Positions 28,045 to 41,468 of a stretch of 64,000 nt of DNA are shown here, piece after piece. The stretch spans positions 32,001-96,000 of the forward strand of contig CAWGSK010000011.1 in assembly GCA_963825055.1 (NCBI GenBank), in the 5' to 3' direction. Under the pieces are notes generated by a model. The model ran no database searches and was not told where the DNA came from. It worked only from the letters and a program-made list of their open reading frames with translations. The position numbers and the translations under genes are program-made. Position 1 is the stretch's first letter. Each line of letters starts with the position of its first letter. Origin of the DNA: an uncultured Gemmatimonadales bacterium (GTDB lineage Bacteria; Gemmatimonadota; Gemmatimonadetes; Gemmatimonadales; GWC2-71-9).

Positions 28045-29241
28045 ATGAAGCGGTCAATCCTCCTCCTCCCGATCCTCCTGGCCTGCGGCGACAGCACGCC
28101 GCCGGAGCATTACGGCTTTGTCGCCGTCCTGGGAAACGACACCGTCGCCGTTGAGCGGATCACGCGTTCCCCCCGTGAGCTTGTGGTCGATGGCGTGGAC
28201 CAGTGGCCGTTCGTGCGGAAGCGGCACACCGAATTCAAGCTGGCCTCAGACGGGAAAATCCGTCACATGGTGATGGACATCCGCACCCCGAATGCTCCGA
28301 CGCCGGCGGAACGGGGGCGCCGGGTCACTGCCGACTTCTCCGACAAGACCGTAGCCATCTCGATCCAGGACAGCAGCGGGGTACGGGACACTTCATTCAA
28401 CACAGGCGGCGCCATCACGGTGCCCCACGCCTCGATGATGTACAGCGTCATCGAGCTGGAGATCGCGGCCGCGTTGCGCCAGGCCGCAAGCGAGGGTCTT
28501 CACGCCGGGGACAGCGTGATGTTCCGGCAGTTCTACCCTGACCGTGATGTCGGACCGAGCTTTGTGCTGCACCGGGGCTACGTGCACCCTCTGGGGGATG
28601 GAAAGGTGGACCTCCGGCATGACTGGCTGGCCGGTACGGGGACGGTGCAGGTGGACAGCAGCGGACGGATGCTGGCCTACTCGGGAATGCGGAGCACCTA
28701 CAAGGTATCCGTGACGCGGACGGCGACAGCGCCCGACGTCGAGGCCATCGGCGATCGCCTCGCTGCCGCCGAACGACGCACCGGACCCCGGCAACTCAGC
28801 GTACGCGACACCGCACGTGCCACCATCGGCCCCGTGAGCCTGACGGTGGACTACGGGCGCCCCCTGGCGCGCGGGCGCACGCTGCTGGGCAACGTGATCA
28901 GCTACGACCGCATCTGGCGCACGGGGGCCAATGCCGCGACCCAGTTCACCACCTCGGCGCCGATCACGCTCGCAGGGCTGCCACTGCCGGCAGGGACGTA
29001 CACGCTCTGGACGGTGCCGCATCCCGGCAGCGCTGACCTCATCGTGAACCGGCAGACCGGACAGTGGGGGACGCAGTACAGCCGCGCCCGCGACCTGGGA
29101 AGGGCCAGGATGACCTCCGACAGCACGGACGCGCCGCTCGAACAGTTCACCATCTCGATCGACGCCCGCGACGCGCGCCACGGCACCCTCGCGATGGCGT
29201 GGGGACCGTTCCGGTGGACCGCCCCCATCGTGGTGCAGTAA
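28045..29241 (+). CDS. Lipoprotein with C-terminal DUF2911 domain
   Basis: LLAC lipobox; VDYGRP.ARGR, WRTGANAAT, AGTYTL, TGQWGT.Y. Confidence 0.85.
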   Translation: MKRSILLLPILLACGDSTPPEHYGFVAVLGNDTVAVERITRSPRELVVDGVDQWPFVRKRHTEFKLASDGKIRHMVMDIRTPNAPTPAERGRRVTADFSDKTVAISIQDSSGVRDTSFNTGGAITVPHASMMYSVIELEIAAALRQAASEGLHAGDSVMFRQFYPDRDVGPSFVLHRGYVHPLGDGKVDLRHDWLAGTGTVQVDSSGRMLAYSGMRSTYKVSVTRTATAPDVEAIGDRLAAAERRTGPRQLSVRDTARATIGPVSLTVDYGRPLARGRTLLGNVISYDRIWRTGANAATQFTTSAPITLAGLPLPAGTYTLWTVPHPGSADLIVNRQTGQWGTQYSRARDLGRARMTSDSTDAPLEQFTISIDARDARHGTLAMAWGPFRWTAPIVVQ

Positions 29242-29334
29242 GGGAACCCTCCCCCTTGACCCGGGACGCCAGTCCGGATTTTCTCCCTGCACCGGCAGGC
29301 CCCCGTCATCGTCTCCCTCGAACCGACACGGCCC

Positions 29335-31194
29335 GTGACTCACCGACTCCCAACCCGGCGGGAAGTACTGGCAACCCTGGCGTCCGTCGCCGCCCTCCCC
29401 CTGCTGCCCGCGTGCCACCACGGCCGCGCATCCCTCCCGGCCCCGAGGGGAAGTACCGGCCCCGACGCAGAGGCCCTCGCCCTGCTCGACCGCGTGGCCG
29501 ACAACCTCCTGACCCTCTACCCCGAGTCGGCGACGTCGCTCGGCATCGACACGGGAACGAGGGCCGGTCTCCGATCCAGGCTCAGCGATCGCTCTACCGA
29601 GGGCCAGCAGCGGATCGCCGAGCGGCTTCGCACTGACCTCGCCCGGGTCAAGGCCCTCGACACGGCCGCGTTGTCCCATGCGACCCGCACCAGCGTCGAG
29701 GTCGTCGGGAGCGCCTATGCGACGTCGCTGGAAGGCTTCGCGCTCCCCTATGGCGACATCACGGTCGGTGGCTGGCGCAACACGCCGTATGTCGTCATCC
29801 AGAACGTCGGCGCCTACCTCGACATTCCCCGATTCCTGGACAGCGACCACCGCATCGAGAACGCTGCCGACGCCGAGGCCTACCTCGCGCGCCTTGAGTC
29901 ATTCGGGAGACAGCTCGACGGCGAACTCGGACGTATCCGGGAGGCGCGTGGGAATGGGCTGGTGCCGCCCGCCTTCCTGCTGGACAAGGCGCTCGGGCAG
30001 ATGCGCCTCTCTGTGGCCAACGCGCGGGCGGGAGGAACTCTCGTCGAGTCCATCGAGCGGCGGACCAGGGCCATCCCCGGAGACTGGGCCAGCCGGGCGC
30101 GGAGCATCGCGGCGCAGGAGGTGGCCCCCGCGCTCGACCGGCAGGTCCACGAGCTGGAGGCCCAGCGTGCCGTCGCGACGGACGACGCGGGCATCGCCGC
30201 GCGGCCGGATGGCGAGGCCTTCTACCGCTGGGCCCTCAAGGCATCCACCACCACTACGATGTCGCCCGACGAGGTCCATGAGCTCGGCCGGAGCGAGCTC
30301 GAGCGCCTGCACGCCCGGATGGACCCGATCCTGAGGCAGGCCGGCTACGGGCAGGGCAGCGTAGGCGAGCGGATGAAGCAGCTGGCGAAGGATCCCCGGT
30401 ACAAGTTTGCTCCCGGTGATACGGGCCGGGCCGAAATCATGGCGTTTATTCACGAGCGCCTGGCGTGGATCACGGCGCAGATGCCGCGCGCGTTCAATAC
30501 GCTGGTCGCCCCGAACATGGAAGTGAAGCGCCTGCCCCCGGAGGAGGAGCCGGGCGCCCCCGCCGCCTATGGCGGCGCCGGGTCGATCGACGGCTCCATT
30601 CCCGGCCGGTTCTGGATCAACCTCCGCACCACCGATCTCCACAGCCGGTACAGCCTCGCCGACCTCGCCTTCCACGAGGCGATTCCCGGCCATATCTGGC
30701 AGGGCGAGTACACCCACGCCATGCCCCTCATCCGGCAGATGCTCTCCTTCAACGCCTATTCGGAGGGCTGGGCTCTCTACGCCGAGCAGCTGGCCGACGA
30801 ACTGGGCGCGTACGACAGTGATCCGGTCGGGCGGCTGGGCTACCTCCAGTCCATTGCCTTCCGGGCCTGCCGCCTGGTGGTGGACACCGGCCTGCATGCA
30901 AAGGGCTGGACGCGCGAGGAGGGAGTCAGATTCTTCGTAGACGTGAACGGGTCCAACCCCGAGGAGGTCGCCAGCGAGGTGGACCGCTACTGCTCCTGGC
31001 CCGGACAGGCCTGCGGCTACAAGGTCGGCCACAGCGAGATCAACCGCCAGCGGGAGCGGACGATGGCCGCCCTCGGGTCCCGCTTCGATTTGAAGGCGTT
31101 CGACGACGCCGTGGTCCGGGGCGGGAACGTCCCCCTCGACGTGCTCGCGAAAAACGTGGACGAGTACCTCCGGACCGCGCCGCGACCCGGCTGA
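29335..31194 (+). CDS. DUF885 family protein (putative metallopeptidase), Tat lipoprotein
   Basis: TRREVL Tat motif; HEAIPGH, EGWALYAE, RLVVDTGLH, EVDRY...PGQA. Confidence 0.92.
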   Translation: MTHRLPTRREVLATLASVAALPLLPACHHGRASLPAPRGSTGPDAEALALLDRVADNLLTLYPESATSLGIDTGTRAGLRSRLSDRSTEGQQRIAERLRTDLARVKALDTAALSHATRTSVEVVGSAYATSLEGFALPYGDITVGGWRNTPYVVIQNVGAYLDIPRFLDSDHRIENAADAEAYLARLESFGRQLDGELGRIREARGNGLVPPAFLLDKALGQMRLSVANARAGGTLVESIERRTRAIPGDWASRARSIAAQEVAPALDRQVHELEAQRAVATDDAGIAARPDGEAFYRWALKASTTTTMSPDEVHELGRSELERLHARMDPILRQAGYGQGSVGERMKQLAKDPRYKFAPGDTGRAEIMAFIHERLAWITAQMPRAFNTLVAPNMEVKRLPPEEEPGAPAAYGGAGSIDGSIPGRFWINLRTTDLHSRYSLADLAFHEAIPGHIWQGEYTHAMPLIRQMLSFNAYSEGWALYAEQLADELGAYDSDPVGRLGYLQSIAFRACRLVVDTGLHAKGWTREEGVRFFVDVNGSNPEEVASEVDRYCSWPGQACGYKVGHSEINRQRERTMAALGSRFDLKAFDDAVVRGGNVPLDVLAKNVDEYLRTAPRPG

Positions 31195-31295
31195 CGCAGG
31201 CGGATCGGGGCCGGACCGGTTGACGGCCTCCGCCCTGCCGGGAACCTTCCGAAGTGCAGGGCCGCCATTCCAGGAGGATCCGCAGAGGAGGAATC

Positions 31296-32105
31296 ATGAC
31301 TCCACGGCCTTTCGACCGGTTGTCCCCCGCAGCCGCGCCGCAGAACTACGAACGTTTCTTCGTCCCCGCCATCGGCAGGCCCGTGGCGGAGGACCTGATC
31401 CAGACCGCGGCGCTGCAGGCCGGGGAACGGGTACTGGACGTCGGGTGCGGCACAGGCGTGGTGACGCGTCTCGCGGCCGCGGAGGTCGGACCCGGTGGCA
31501 GGGTGGCGGGGCTCGACGTGAATCCCGGCATGCTGGCGGTCGCGCGGTCCGTCACGCCGGGCGACATGGACATCCAGTGGTACGAGGCGGACGCGCAGGA
31601 CATCCCCCTTCCCGACCAGTCGTTCGATGTCGTCCTCTGCCAGATGAGCCTGCAGTTCATTCCGGATCGCGTGCAGGGCCTGCGGGAGATGCGGCGTGTC
31701 CTGGCCGCGGGCGGCCGCCTGGTGCTCAACGTTCCAGGCCCCGCAGCCCCCGTCTTCGAGACCCTGGCGCGTGCGATGGGTGAACACGTCGCGCCGCAGG
31801 CGGAAGGGTTCGTGCGCGCGGTGTTCGCGCTGAATGACGACGGAGAACTGGAGAGCCTTCTGACAGAGGCAGGATTCCGGGACGTGCACGTCCGTGCGGA
31901 CTCCCGCGCACTGTCCCTGCCCGCTCCCGAGGAATTCCTCTGGCAGTATGTCGGCAGTACCCCGCTGGCGGCCATCGTGGCGGAGGCGGATGACCGCGCG
32001 CAGGCCGCCCTGGTGGCTGACGTCATCGCCCAGTGGAATGCCTTCGGGGGAAGCGATGGAATGGACTTCCCACAGCCGATGCTGACCGCAACCGCGCAGC
32101 GCTGA
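31296..32105 (+). CDS. Class I SAM-dependent methyltransferase (UbiE-like)
   Basis: VLDVGCGTG, GLDVNPGML, FDVVLCQ; GAGGAG RBS. Confidence 0.88.
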   Translation: MTPRPFDRLSPAAAPQNYERFFVPAIGRPVAEDLIQTAALQAGERVLDVGCGTGVVTRLAAAEVGPGGRVAGLDVNPGMLAVARSVTPGDMDIQWYEADAQDIPLPDQSFDVVLCQMSLQFIPDRVQGLREMRRVLAAGGRLVLNVPGPAAPVFETLARAMGEHVAPQAEGFVRAVFALNDDGELESLLTEAGFRDVHVRADSRALSLPAPEEFLWQYVGSTPLAAIVAEADDRAQAALVADVIAQWNAFGGSDGMDFPQPMLTATAQR

Positions 32106-32153
32106 GCGCGGCAGCGGCAGATCGGACTTCACCGGATCCCTGGAGACCCGCCC

Positions 32154-32468
32154 ATGTGGCTGCTTCTGGTCGCCCTCTTCGGCCTCATCGTCCCCAACGG
32201 ACTCTTCGTACACTGGCTCTTCAACGATTACCGCGGGGTGGGCCCGATGCTGGAGGACCAGCTGGCGTTGAGCTTCATGCTCGATGTCCTGCTGGTACTC
32301 GTCATCCTGTGCGTCTATTTCGCACGTCGGCCGATCGGGCCCGTCCGGTGGCCATGGTTTCTCCTGCTCTCGCTCCTCGGTGGGCTCGGCTTCAGTCTCC
32401 CGCTCTATTACTGGCTCAACCATCGCGAGACCAGCCCAGCCGGCGGGCCTGACCGCGGCCGGGCTTGA
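32154..32468 (+). CDS. Small membrane protein (DUF2834-like)
   Basis: Three hydrophobic segments ending GGLGFSLPLY. Confidence 0.6.
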   Translation: MWLLLVALFGLIVPNGLFVHWLFNDYRGVGPMLEDQLALSFMLDVLLVLVILCVYFARRPIGPVRWPWFLLLSLLGGLGFSLPLYYWLNHRETSPAGGPDRGRA

Positions 32469-32536
32469 GGAGCGGGATACATATCCACGATACTGTACGG
32501 AAGCGCGTCCCTGCGCTTCACCAGCCCGGAGGTCCC

Positions 32537-32968
32537 ATGCGTCCTCAGCCGCTCATCGCCGTCCACGACGTCGCGCGCAGCAGCCAGTGGTACCAGCACG
32601 TTCTGGGCTGCCAGAGTGCCCACGGCGGCTCCGACTACGAACGCCTGGAAAAGGACGGCCACCTCGTGCTCCAGCTGCACCGGTTCGAGCTGGCCCATCA
32701 CCATGGGCCGATCGGGAATCCCGACGACCGGCCCTACGGCAACGGCGTCCTTCTCTGGTTCGAGATCGACGACTTTGACGAAGCTGTCGGACGGGTGACC
32801 GACCTCGAGGCCCCGGTCGTGCTGGAACGTCACCGCAACCCGCCGGACGGAGACGGCGGTCCCAATCACTGGGAAACCTGGATCCTGGATCCCGATGGGT
32901 ATACGGTCGTCCTGGCGAGCCCGGACGGCACGGCGGACGGGACCTGGCAACCCGGCTCACCGGCCTGA
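32537..32968 (+). CDS. VOC/glyoxalase family protein
   Basis: IAVHDVARSSQWY, GNGVLLWFE, DPDGYTVV; GGAGG RBS. Confidence 0.85.
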   Translation: MRPQPLIAVHDVARSSQWYQHVLGCQSAHGGSDYERLEKDGHLVLQLHRFELAHHHGPIGNPDDRPYGNGVLLWFEIDDFDEAVGRVTDLEAPVVLERHRNPPDGDGGPNHWETWILDPDGYTVVLASPDGTADGTWQPGSPA

Positions 32969-36222
<3,254 letters not shown>

Positions 36223-36234
36223 AGCGGCGCCGGT

Positions 36235-37128
36235 TTACTGCTGGTCCGCGAGTTTCTTCTGGAACCAGGCCTCCGACCGGTCGATGTAGCCGAGATAGCC
36301 GGCCCGGTCGATGAACGGCTCCACCGGGTCGGCCGCGTCGGCCCGCGCACGGCGTTTGTCTTCCAGGTGGAACCAGCTCGAGTGCGAGGCGAGGAAGATG
36401 TCGGCGGGGAGGCTTCGCAACATAGAGAAGCTGTGCTCGAAATCCTCCCGGATGCCGGGGTAGGTCTCCGGCTCGGTCAGCGAGGTGAACGGCAGCAGCG
36501 TCAGGCTGCAGATATCGACAGCCAGCAGCGTGCGGTCCCCGTCCTGGACGGGGAACGACCACGACGTGCAGCCGGGGGTATGCCCCGCCGTGATGTGCGC
36601 GGTGAGCTCGATCGGACCGAGGCGGATCGTGTCGCCGTCCGTGAACCGGTGGTCAATCCGGGGCACGGCGAACTTGCCGAAGCCGAGGAATTCCAGGTAC
36701 CGGAAGGGCCCGATCGCGTGGCCACCCGCCACAATCGCCTCCGCATCGGGCTCGCTGATCCACAGCTCGGCGCCGGACGCCTCCTGCAGTTCGCGGAGTC
36801 CGCCGGCGTGGTCCGAATGCGCATGGGTGTTGAGCAGTACCTTGACGTCGGCGATGTCGAAGCCGAGCTTCGCGATGCTCCCCATGATCAGCGGGGCCGT
36901 TTCGGGATACCCGCCGTCGATCACGACATGACCCTCCGGCCCGGTGAGCAGGAAGCTGGTGACACCGGTGGAGCCGACGTAGTAGAGGTTGCCGGCGATA
37001 CGGAACGGCTCGTCCGGGATGGAGCGGTTCTTCCTGATGGCCTGCTGCCACTTGACGAAGGCCACCGCCAGCAGAGCGAGCACCACGCCGAGAATGATCA
37101 TCCGCCTGCGTCGCCAGATACGCGCCAT
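36235..37128 (-). CDS. bla: Subclass B3 metallo-beta-lactamase-like protein with N-terminal membrane anchor/signal
   Basis: PFRIAGNLYYVG, IDGG, THAHSDHAGG, GHTPGCTSW, ADIFLASH: full B3 zinc ligand set. Confidence 0.85.
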   Translation of the reverse strand: MARIWRRRRMIILGVVLALLAVAFVKWQQAIRKNRSIPDEPFRIAGNLYYVGSTGVTSFLLTGPEGHVVIDGGYPETAPLIMGSIAKLGFDIADVKVLLNTHAHSDHAGGLRELQEASGAELWISEPDAEAIVAGGHAIGPFRYLEFLGFGKFAVPRIDHRFTDGDTIRLGPIELTAHITAGHTPGCTSWSFPVQDGDRTLLAVDICSLTLLPFTSLTEPETYPGIREDFEHSFSMLRSLPADIFLASHSSWFHLEDKRRARADAADPVEPFIDRAGYLGYIDRSEAWFQKKLADQQ

Positions 37129-37164
37129 CGGTTGGGACTTCCTGAATGAAGGAGAGGTGTCAAG

Positions 37165-37183
37165 TACTTTGCAATACAAAGTA
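37165..37183. promoter_or_regulatory. Palindromic operator TACTTTG-N5-CAAAGTA upstream of the MBL gene
   Basis: TACTTTGCAATACAAAGTA in an AT-rich divergent intergenic region. Confidence 0.65.
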
Positions 37184-37291
37184 TGTGCCCTCGCCTGCCC
37201 GGTCAACCCGAACCTCCCGCCCGGGACACAGCCGTCCCCGGGGACAGGCGCGGACTCCCGTGGCTCTTCCTGTCGTGTGACGGCCCCGTAG

Positions 37292-37891
37292 ATGGGGGTG
37301 TCCAGGACGCCCCGGTCACCCGTCGTCAAGCAGCTCAGACTGGCGAGCCTCCTCGCCGCGGGATGGGCATTCGGATACGGGCTGTATCGCTGGTACTACG
37401 CGCTGGGCGGAACCATCGGAATGCATGGGACGCCGGTGTCACTGGCCCAGTGGCACCGGATCAACGCCATTGGTGGTGTCGTGATGTTTGTCGCTGCGCT
37501 GCTGCCCCCGCTGTTGATGCCACTCTGGCAGCGAGATCGGGCACGCCCGTTCCTGCTGGTGATCTGCTGGCTGGTCGCGGTCGCCTGCGCCTCCCATGCC
37601 CTGATCGACATCCTGCAGCGCATCCTGAGCCTCGGTGGGGTTCTTACAATCAGCTACCCTTTCTGGCAGACGATTGATCGGCGACAGGCCGACCTGCAGA
37701 TTCTGTTATTCAACGAGCCGTGGTTCCTCGTCGAGGGGCTGTTGTGGGCTGCCATCGCCTGGGAGGGCGCGCTGGCGATTTCCCCCCGGCGCCGGTGGTG
37801 GCTCGGCACGGCACTCGCGGCTACCCTGGTGTTGACGGGAATCGGGCTGCTGTCGGCGTTCGGGGTGATCGGGAAGTGGATCGTCGGATGA
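37292..37891 (+). CDS. Hypothetical membrane protein (DUF3995-like)
   Basis: YRWYYALGGT.G, five TM segments, EPWFLVEGLLW. Confidence 0.65.
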   Translation: MGVSRTPRSPVVKQLRLASLLAAGWAFGYGLYRWYYALGGTIGMHGTPVSLAQWHRINAIGGVVMFVAALLPPLLMPLWQRDRARPFLLVICWLVAVACASHALIDILQRILSLGGVLTISYPFWQTIDRRQADLQILLFNEPWFLVEGLLWAAIAWEGALAISPRRRWWLGTALAATLVLTGIGLLSAFGVIGKWIVG

Positions 37892-38682
37892 CGACCCTCG
37901 CCCGCGTGGCCCTCGCGAATCTCCGGTTCCCGGCTTCACGGGACGACTCCGTCGTGCTGGCGTGTGATGCCGTGCTCGAGGCCGGAGACAAGGGGGCGGC
38001 GATCATCTGCTTTCCGGAATGCTTCGTCCCCGGCTACCGGGTACCCGGGCGGGTAATGCCGGCTCCCGACGCCACCTTTCTCCAGCACGCCTGGACCACG
38101 GTGGGCGCCGCCGCCGCGCGCGCGGGCGTGGCGGTGATCCTTGGCACGGAGCGCGTCGTTGAAGGGCACCTCGTGGCCTCTGCCGTGGTGATCGACGCGG
38201 ACGGGACCATGGCGGGGCATCAGGACAAGGTCCAGATCGATCCGACGGAGGAAGGCACATACACGCCGGGGACCGATCGACATATTTTTCGAGCGGGCGG
38301 CATGACGTTCGGGGTGGTGGTCTGCCACGAGGGCTGGCGCTATCCGGAAACCGTCCGGTGGGCTGTCCGCAGCGGGGCGGCGGTCGTCTTTCATCCGCAC
38401 TTCCACGCCGCGGACGGCACGAGCTTTCGGCCCACCGTGTTCGGAGACCCGGCCAATACCTTCCACGAGAAGGCCCTGCTCTGCCGGGCGGCGGAGAACA
38501 CCTGCTGGTTCGCCTCGGTGAACTATGCCGGGGCCGGGTCGCCCACCACCTCGGCGGTGATCGACCCCGATGGCACCGTGGTCGCCTACCAGCCCTACGG
38601 CCGCGAGGGTTTGCTCCTCGCGGACCTGGACCTCGACCGGGCGACCGGCCTGCTCGCCAGGCGATACCGTGTGGTCGAATGA
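37888..38682 (+). CDS. Carbon-nitrogen hydrolase (nitrilase superfamily)
   Basis: Catalytic E (FPEC), K (QDKVQ) and C (VCHEG) motifs; RAAEN. Confidence 0.9.
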   Translation: MTTLARVALANLRFPASRDDSVVLACDAVLEAGDKGAAIICFPECFVPGYRVPGRVMPAPDATFLQHAWTTVGAAAARAGVAVILGTERVVEGHLVASAVVIDADGTMAGHQDKVQIDPTEEGTYTPGTDRHIFRAGGMTFGVVVCHEGWRYPETVRWAVRSGAAVVFHPHFHAADGTSFRPTVFGDPANTFHEKALLCRAAENTCWFASVNYAGAGSPTTSAVIDPDGTVVAYQPYGREGLLLADLDLDRATGLLARRYRVVE

Positions 38683-38784
38683 ACACCCCCCCTGCACGCG
38701 GAGGTTCTCATGTACGTCGTCATGCTCGGCAGCCCGGCTACCTGCCAGCCCCGCGCGCCAGCCCGCGGGATAGGCGGTTAGGCG

Positions 38785-39795
38785 GTGTACAGCACCTGCC
38801 TGTTCTGTAACCGCCCCCTCGGCACCAACCAGGTGCTCGAGGAGTTCCCGGTGGGCCGGCGCCTGGCATTCGACGCCGCCAGGGGGCGGCTGTGGGTCGT
38901 GTGCCAGAAGTGTGAGCGCTGGAATCTCACGCCCATCGAAGAGCGCTGGGAAGCGGTGGAAGCCTGCGAGCGAATCTTCCGGGAAACACGGCTGCGCGTC
39001 TCGACCGGCAATATCGGACTTGGCAGGCACGCGGAGGGGCTTCAACTGGTTCGCATCGGCGAGCCCCTGAGGCCCGAGTTCGCCGCCTGGCGCTATGGTG
39101 ACCAGTTCGGCCGGCGGCGCAGGCGGACGATGCTCTACACTGCCGGAGGCCTCGGGCTCCTCGCCGGAATCAGCCTTGTGGGGCCGGTTATCGTTGGTGG
39201 GTCGGGACTGGGTGGTTACTGGCTCTGGCAGGCGTGGGAGGGCATTGCGGCTTCACGGACCCGCGTCCGGCTCCACACCGATGATGGACGACTGATCAAG
39301 CTCAGGCGGGATGATCTGCCCACGGCGCGCCTTCGTCCCATGGACGACGGGACCAGCTTCCGACTCTCGCTCCTCAAGGGCAGGAAGCAGGAGTGGTTTG
39401 AAGGGGACGAGGCCCGGCGCTTCGCCACCCGGATCATCCCCAGCATGAACCGGATGGGTGGCCGCAAGGTCACAGTGCAGGCGGCCGTCCAGGAGATTGA
39501 GGCGCGCGGCCATCCTGATCGCTTCCTGGCTGACGTGGTTCACGGTGACCGTTTCCGGGGGAGAAAGGGCGCGCCGGGCTACATCCACAAGATGCCGGCG
39601 CCTACGAAGCTCGCGCTGGAGATGGCTCTGCACGAGGAAGAGGAACGCCGGGCGCTGGACGGCGAGCTGTGGCGCCTGGAGCGAGCCTGGCGGGAGGCCG
39701 AGGAGATCGCGACGATCGCCGATGACCTCCTGCCGGCCCCAGGTGCAGGCACGTTCATTGATCGGCACCGGGGGGCGAAATCCGCCGATTCGTAA
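38785..39795 (+). CDS. Hypothetical protein with N-terminal Zn-ribbon (CxxC...CxxC) and central TM segment
   Basis: CLFC...CQKC, RWNLTPIEERWEA, WRYG, LEMALHEEEERRAL. Confidence 0.75.
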   Translation: MYSTCLFCNRPLGTNQVLEEFPVGRRLAFDAARGRLWVVCQKCERWNLTPIEERWEAVEACERIFRETRLRVSTGNIGLGRHAEGLQLVRIGEPLRPEFAAWRYGDQFGRRRRRTMLYTAGGLGLLAGISLVGPVIVGGSGLGGYWLWQAWEGIAASRTRVRLHTDDGRLIKLRRDDLPTARLRPMDDGTSFRLSLLKGRKQEWFEGDEARRFATRIIPSMNRMGGRKVTVQAAVQEIEARGHPDRFLADVVHGDRFRGRKGAPGYIHKMPAPTKLALEMALHEEEERRALDGELWRLERAWREAEEIATIADDLLPAPGAGTFIDRHRGAKSADS

Positions 39796-39923
39796 CGGTA
39801 CGCCACGGACGATACGGGCTTCCGTCCAGCGATATTCGGCGGCCCCGTCAACACTACTCCCGCGGACCGGGGCGTTGTCCCCGGGTGGCTGTGCCCCCCA
39901 CACCCTCCCACTACATTTCTGCC

Positions 39924-40550
39924 ATGGACCAGGCAGACCTCCAGGGCGTCTTGGCGTTCCTCCGGGCGGCCGAGCGACTCAAGACCGTGACGAGAAGCGC
40001 GTGGACCTCGACGGGTGAGCCCGAGAGCGTCGCCGAGCATACCTGGCGTGTCACCCTTCTCGCGCTCCTGCTGGGGCCTGAGTTTCCCGAGGTCGATTTC
40101 TCGCGTCTGGCCAGGATCTGCATCGTCCATGACCTCGGCGAGGCGATCGGCGGCGATGTGCCCGCCCCGGAGCAGGAACGCCGCGGGGCGGCGGGGGAGG
40201 CCACCGGCAAGGGCGAGGACGAACGGCGTGACCTGGTGACGCTGCTGGGCCCCCTGCCGGAGCCGCAGCGGAGGGAAATCCTTGCCCTGTGGGACGAGTA
40301 CGAGGCGGCGGAAACGCCGGAGGCGAGGCTCGCGAAGGCGATCGACAAGCTGGAAACCATCCTCCAGCACGTCCAGGGCCGCAACCCGGCCAACTTCGAC
40401 TACCAGTTCAATCTCGATTATGGCCGGACCCACACCGCCTCGCCCCCGCTCATCGCGGAGCTGCGGCGGATGCTCGATGCGGCCACCGGGGAGCGGGCCG
40501 CGGAGCAGGAGAGGCGGGCAGCCAGGATCCCTCCCGATAGCGCACCGTGA
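39924..40550 (+). CDS. HD domain phosphohydrolase (YfbR/HDDC2-like)
   Basis: LK...R..W, ESVAEHTW, VHDLGEA, DKLE. Confidence 0.88.
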   Translation: MDQADLQGVLAFLRAAERLKTVTRSAWTSTGEPESVAEHTWRVTLLALLLGPEFPEVDFSRLARICIVHDLGEAIGGDVPAPEQERRGAAGEATGKGEDERRDLVTLLGPLPEPQRREILALWDEYEAAETPEARLAKAIDKLETILQHVQGRNPANFDYQFNLDYGRTHTASPPLIAELRRMLDAATGERAAEQERRAARIPPDSAP

Positions 40551-40581
40551 TGTCCACCGTCCCATCCGCCGCGGCCAGCTC

Positions 40582-41448
40582 ATGAAGCCCGAACCGCCGG
40601 TCCGCGGCCTGGCGGACACCGCCCGCTGGGTCGCCCTCTACCGCGCCGATGAAACCGAACGCCCCGACGCCCATTTCCATGATCCCTGGGCACGCGACCT
40701 CGCCGGCCCCCGGGGCTCGGAGGTCTATGCCGCCCTGCCCCGGCCGGTCCGGAAGATCGGATGGTCGTTTGTCGCGCGCACGGTGCTCTTCGACCGTCTT
40801 GTGCTCGACGAGGTCGCCTCCGGGGCCACGACGGTCCTCAACCTCGCCGCGGGCCTCGATACCCGACCCTACCGGCTCGCCCTGCCCTCCACCCTGCGAT
40901 GGATCGAGGTGGACCAGGCCCAGCTGCTCGAGGAAAAGGCGTCGGTCCTGGCGGGGGTTGAGCCGAGGTGCCGTCTCGAGCGCGTCGCCCTTGACCTGAC
41001 CGACGTTAGCGCCAGGCAGGCCCTCTTCCGGAAACACGCCGGACCGGGGCAGCGGGTGCTGGTCATGACGGAAGGCCTGCTGATCTACCTGACGGAGCCC
41101 CAGGTGGCCAGCCTGGCGGAAGATCTCCGGCAGCCCGGGTTCGCCGCGTGGGCGACTGAACTCGTTTCGCCGCGGCTGTTCCAGATTATGCAGCGCGGGG
41201 TGGGGCGGCAGCTGGAAACCGGCGGAGCCGGATTCCGTTTCGCCCCGCAGGCGGGGCCGGCATTCTTCCCGCCCCTGGGCTGGGAGCCCGCGGCGGTACA
41301 TCCGATCATGCCGGCCGCCGCGCGGCTCAAACGCCTCCCGCTGCTGCTCCGCCTCTTCGCCAGCCTCCCCGGCGCCGGTACGTTTCATCCGCGGCGGCCG
41401 TGGTCGGCCGTCTGCCTGTTACGACCCATCGCCCGTACTGCATCCTGA
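40582..41448 (+). CDS. LCM-type SAM-dependent methyltransferase
   Basis: DTARWVA.YRA.E, DPWA, NLAAGLDTRPYRL, TEGLLIYL. Confidence 0.88.
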   Translation: MKPEPPVRGLADTARWVALYRADETERPDAHFHDPWARDLAGPRGSEVYAALPRPVRKIGWSFVARTVLFDRLVLDEVASGATTVLNLAAGLDTRPYRLALPSTLRWIEVDQAQLLEEKASVLAGVEPRCRLERVALDLTDVSARQALFRKHAGPGQRVLVMTEGLLIYLTEPQVASLAEDLRQPGFAAWATELVSPRLFQIMQRGVGRQLETGGAGFRFAPQAGPAFFPPLGWEPAAVHPIMPAAARLKRLPLLLRLFASLPGAGTFHPRRPWSAVCLLRPIARTAS

Positions 41449-41468
41449 AGCACGACTGAGGAACGACC

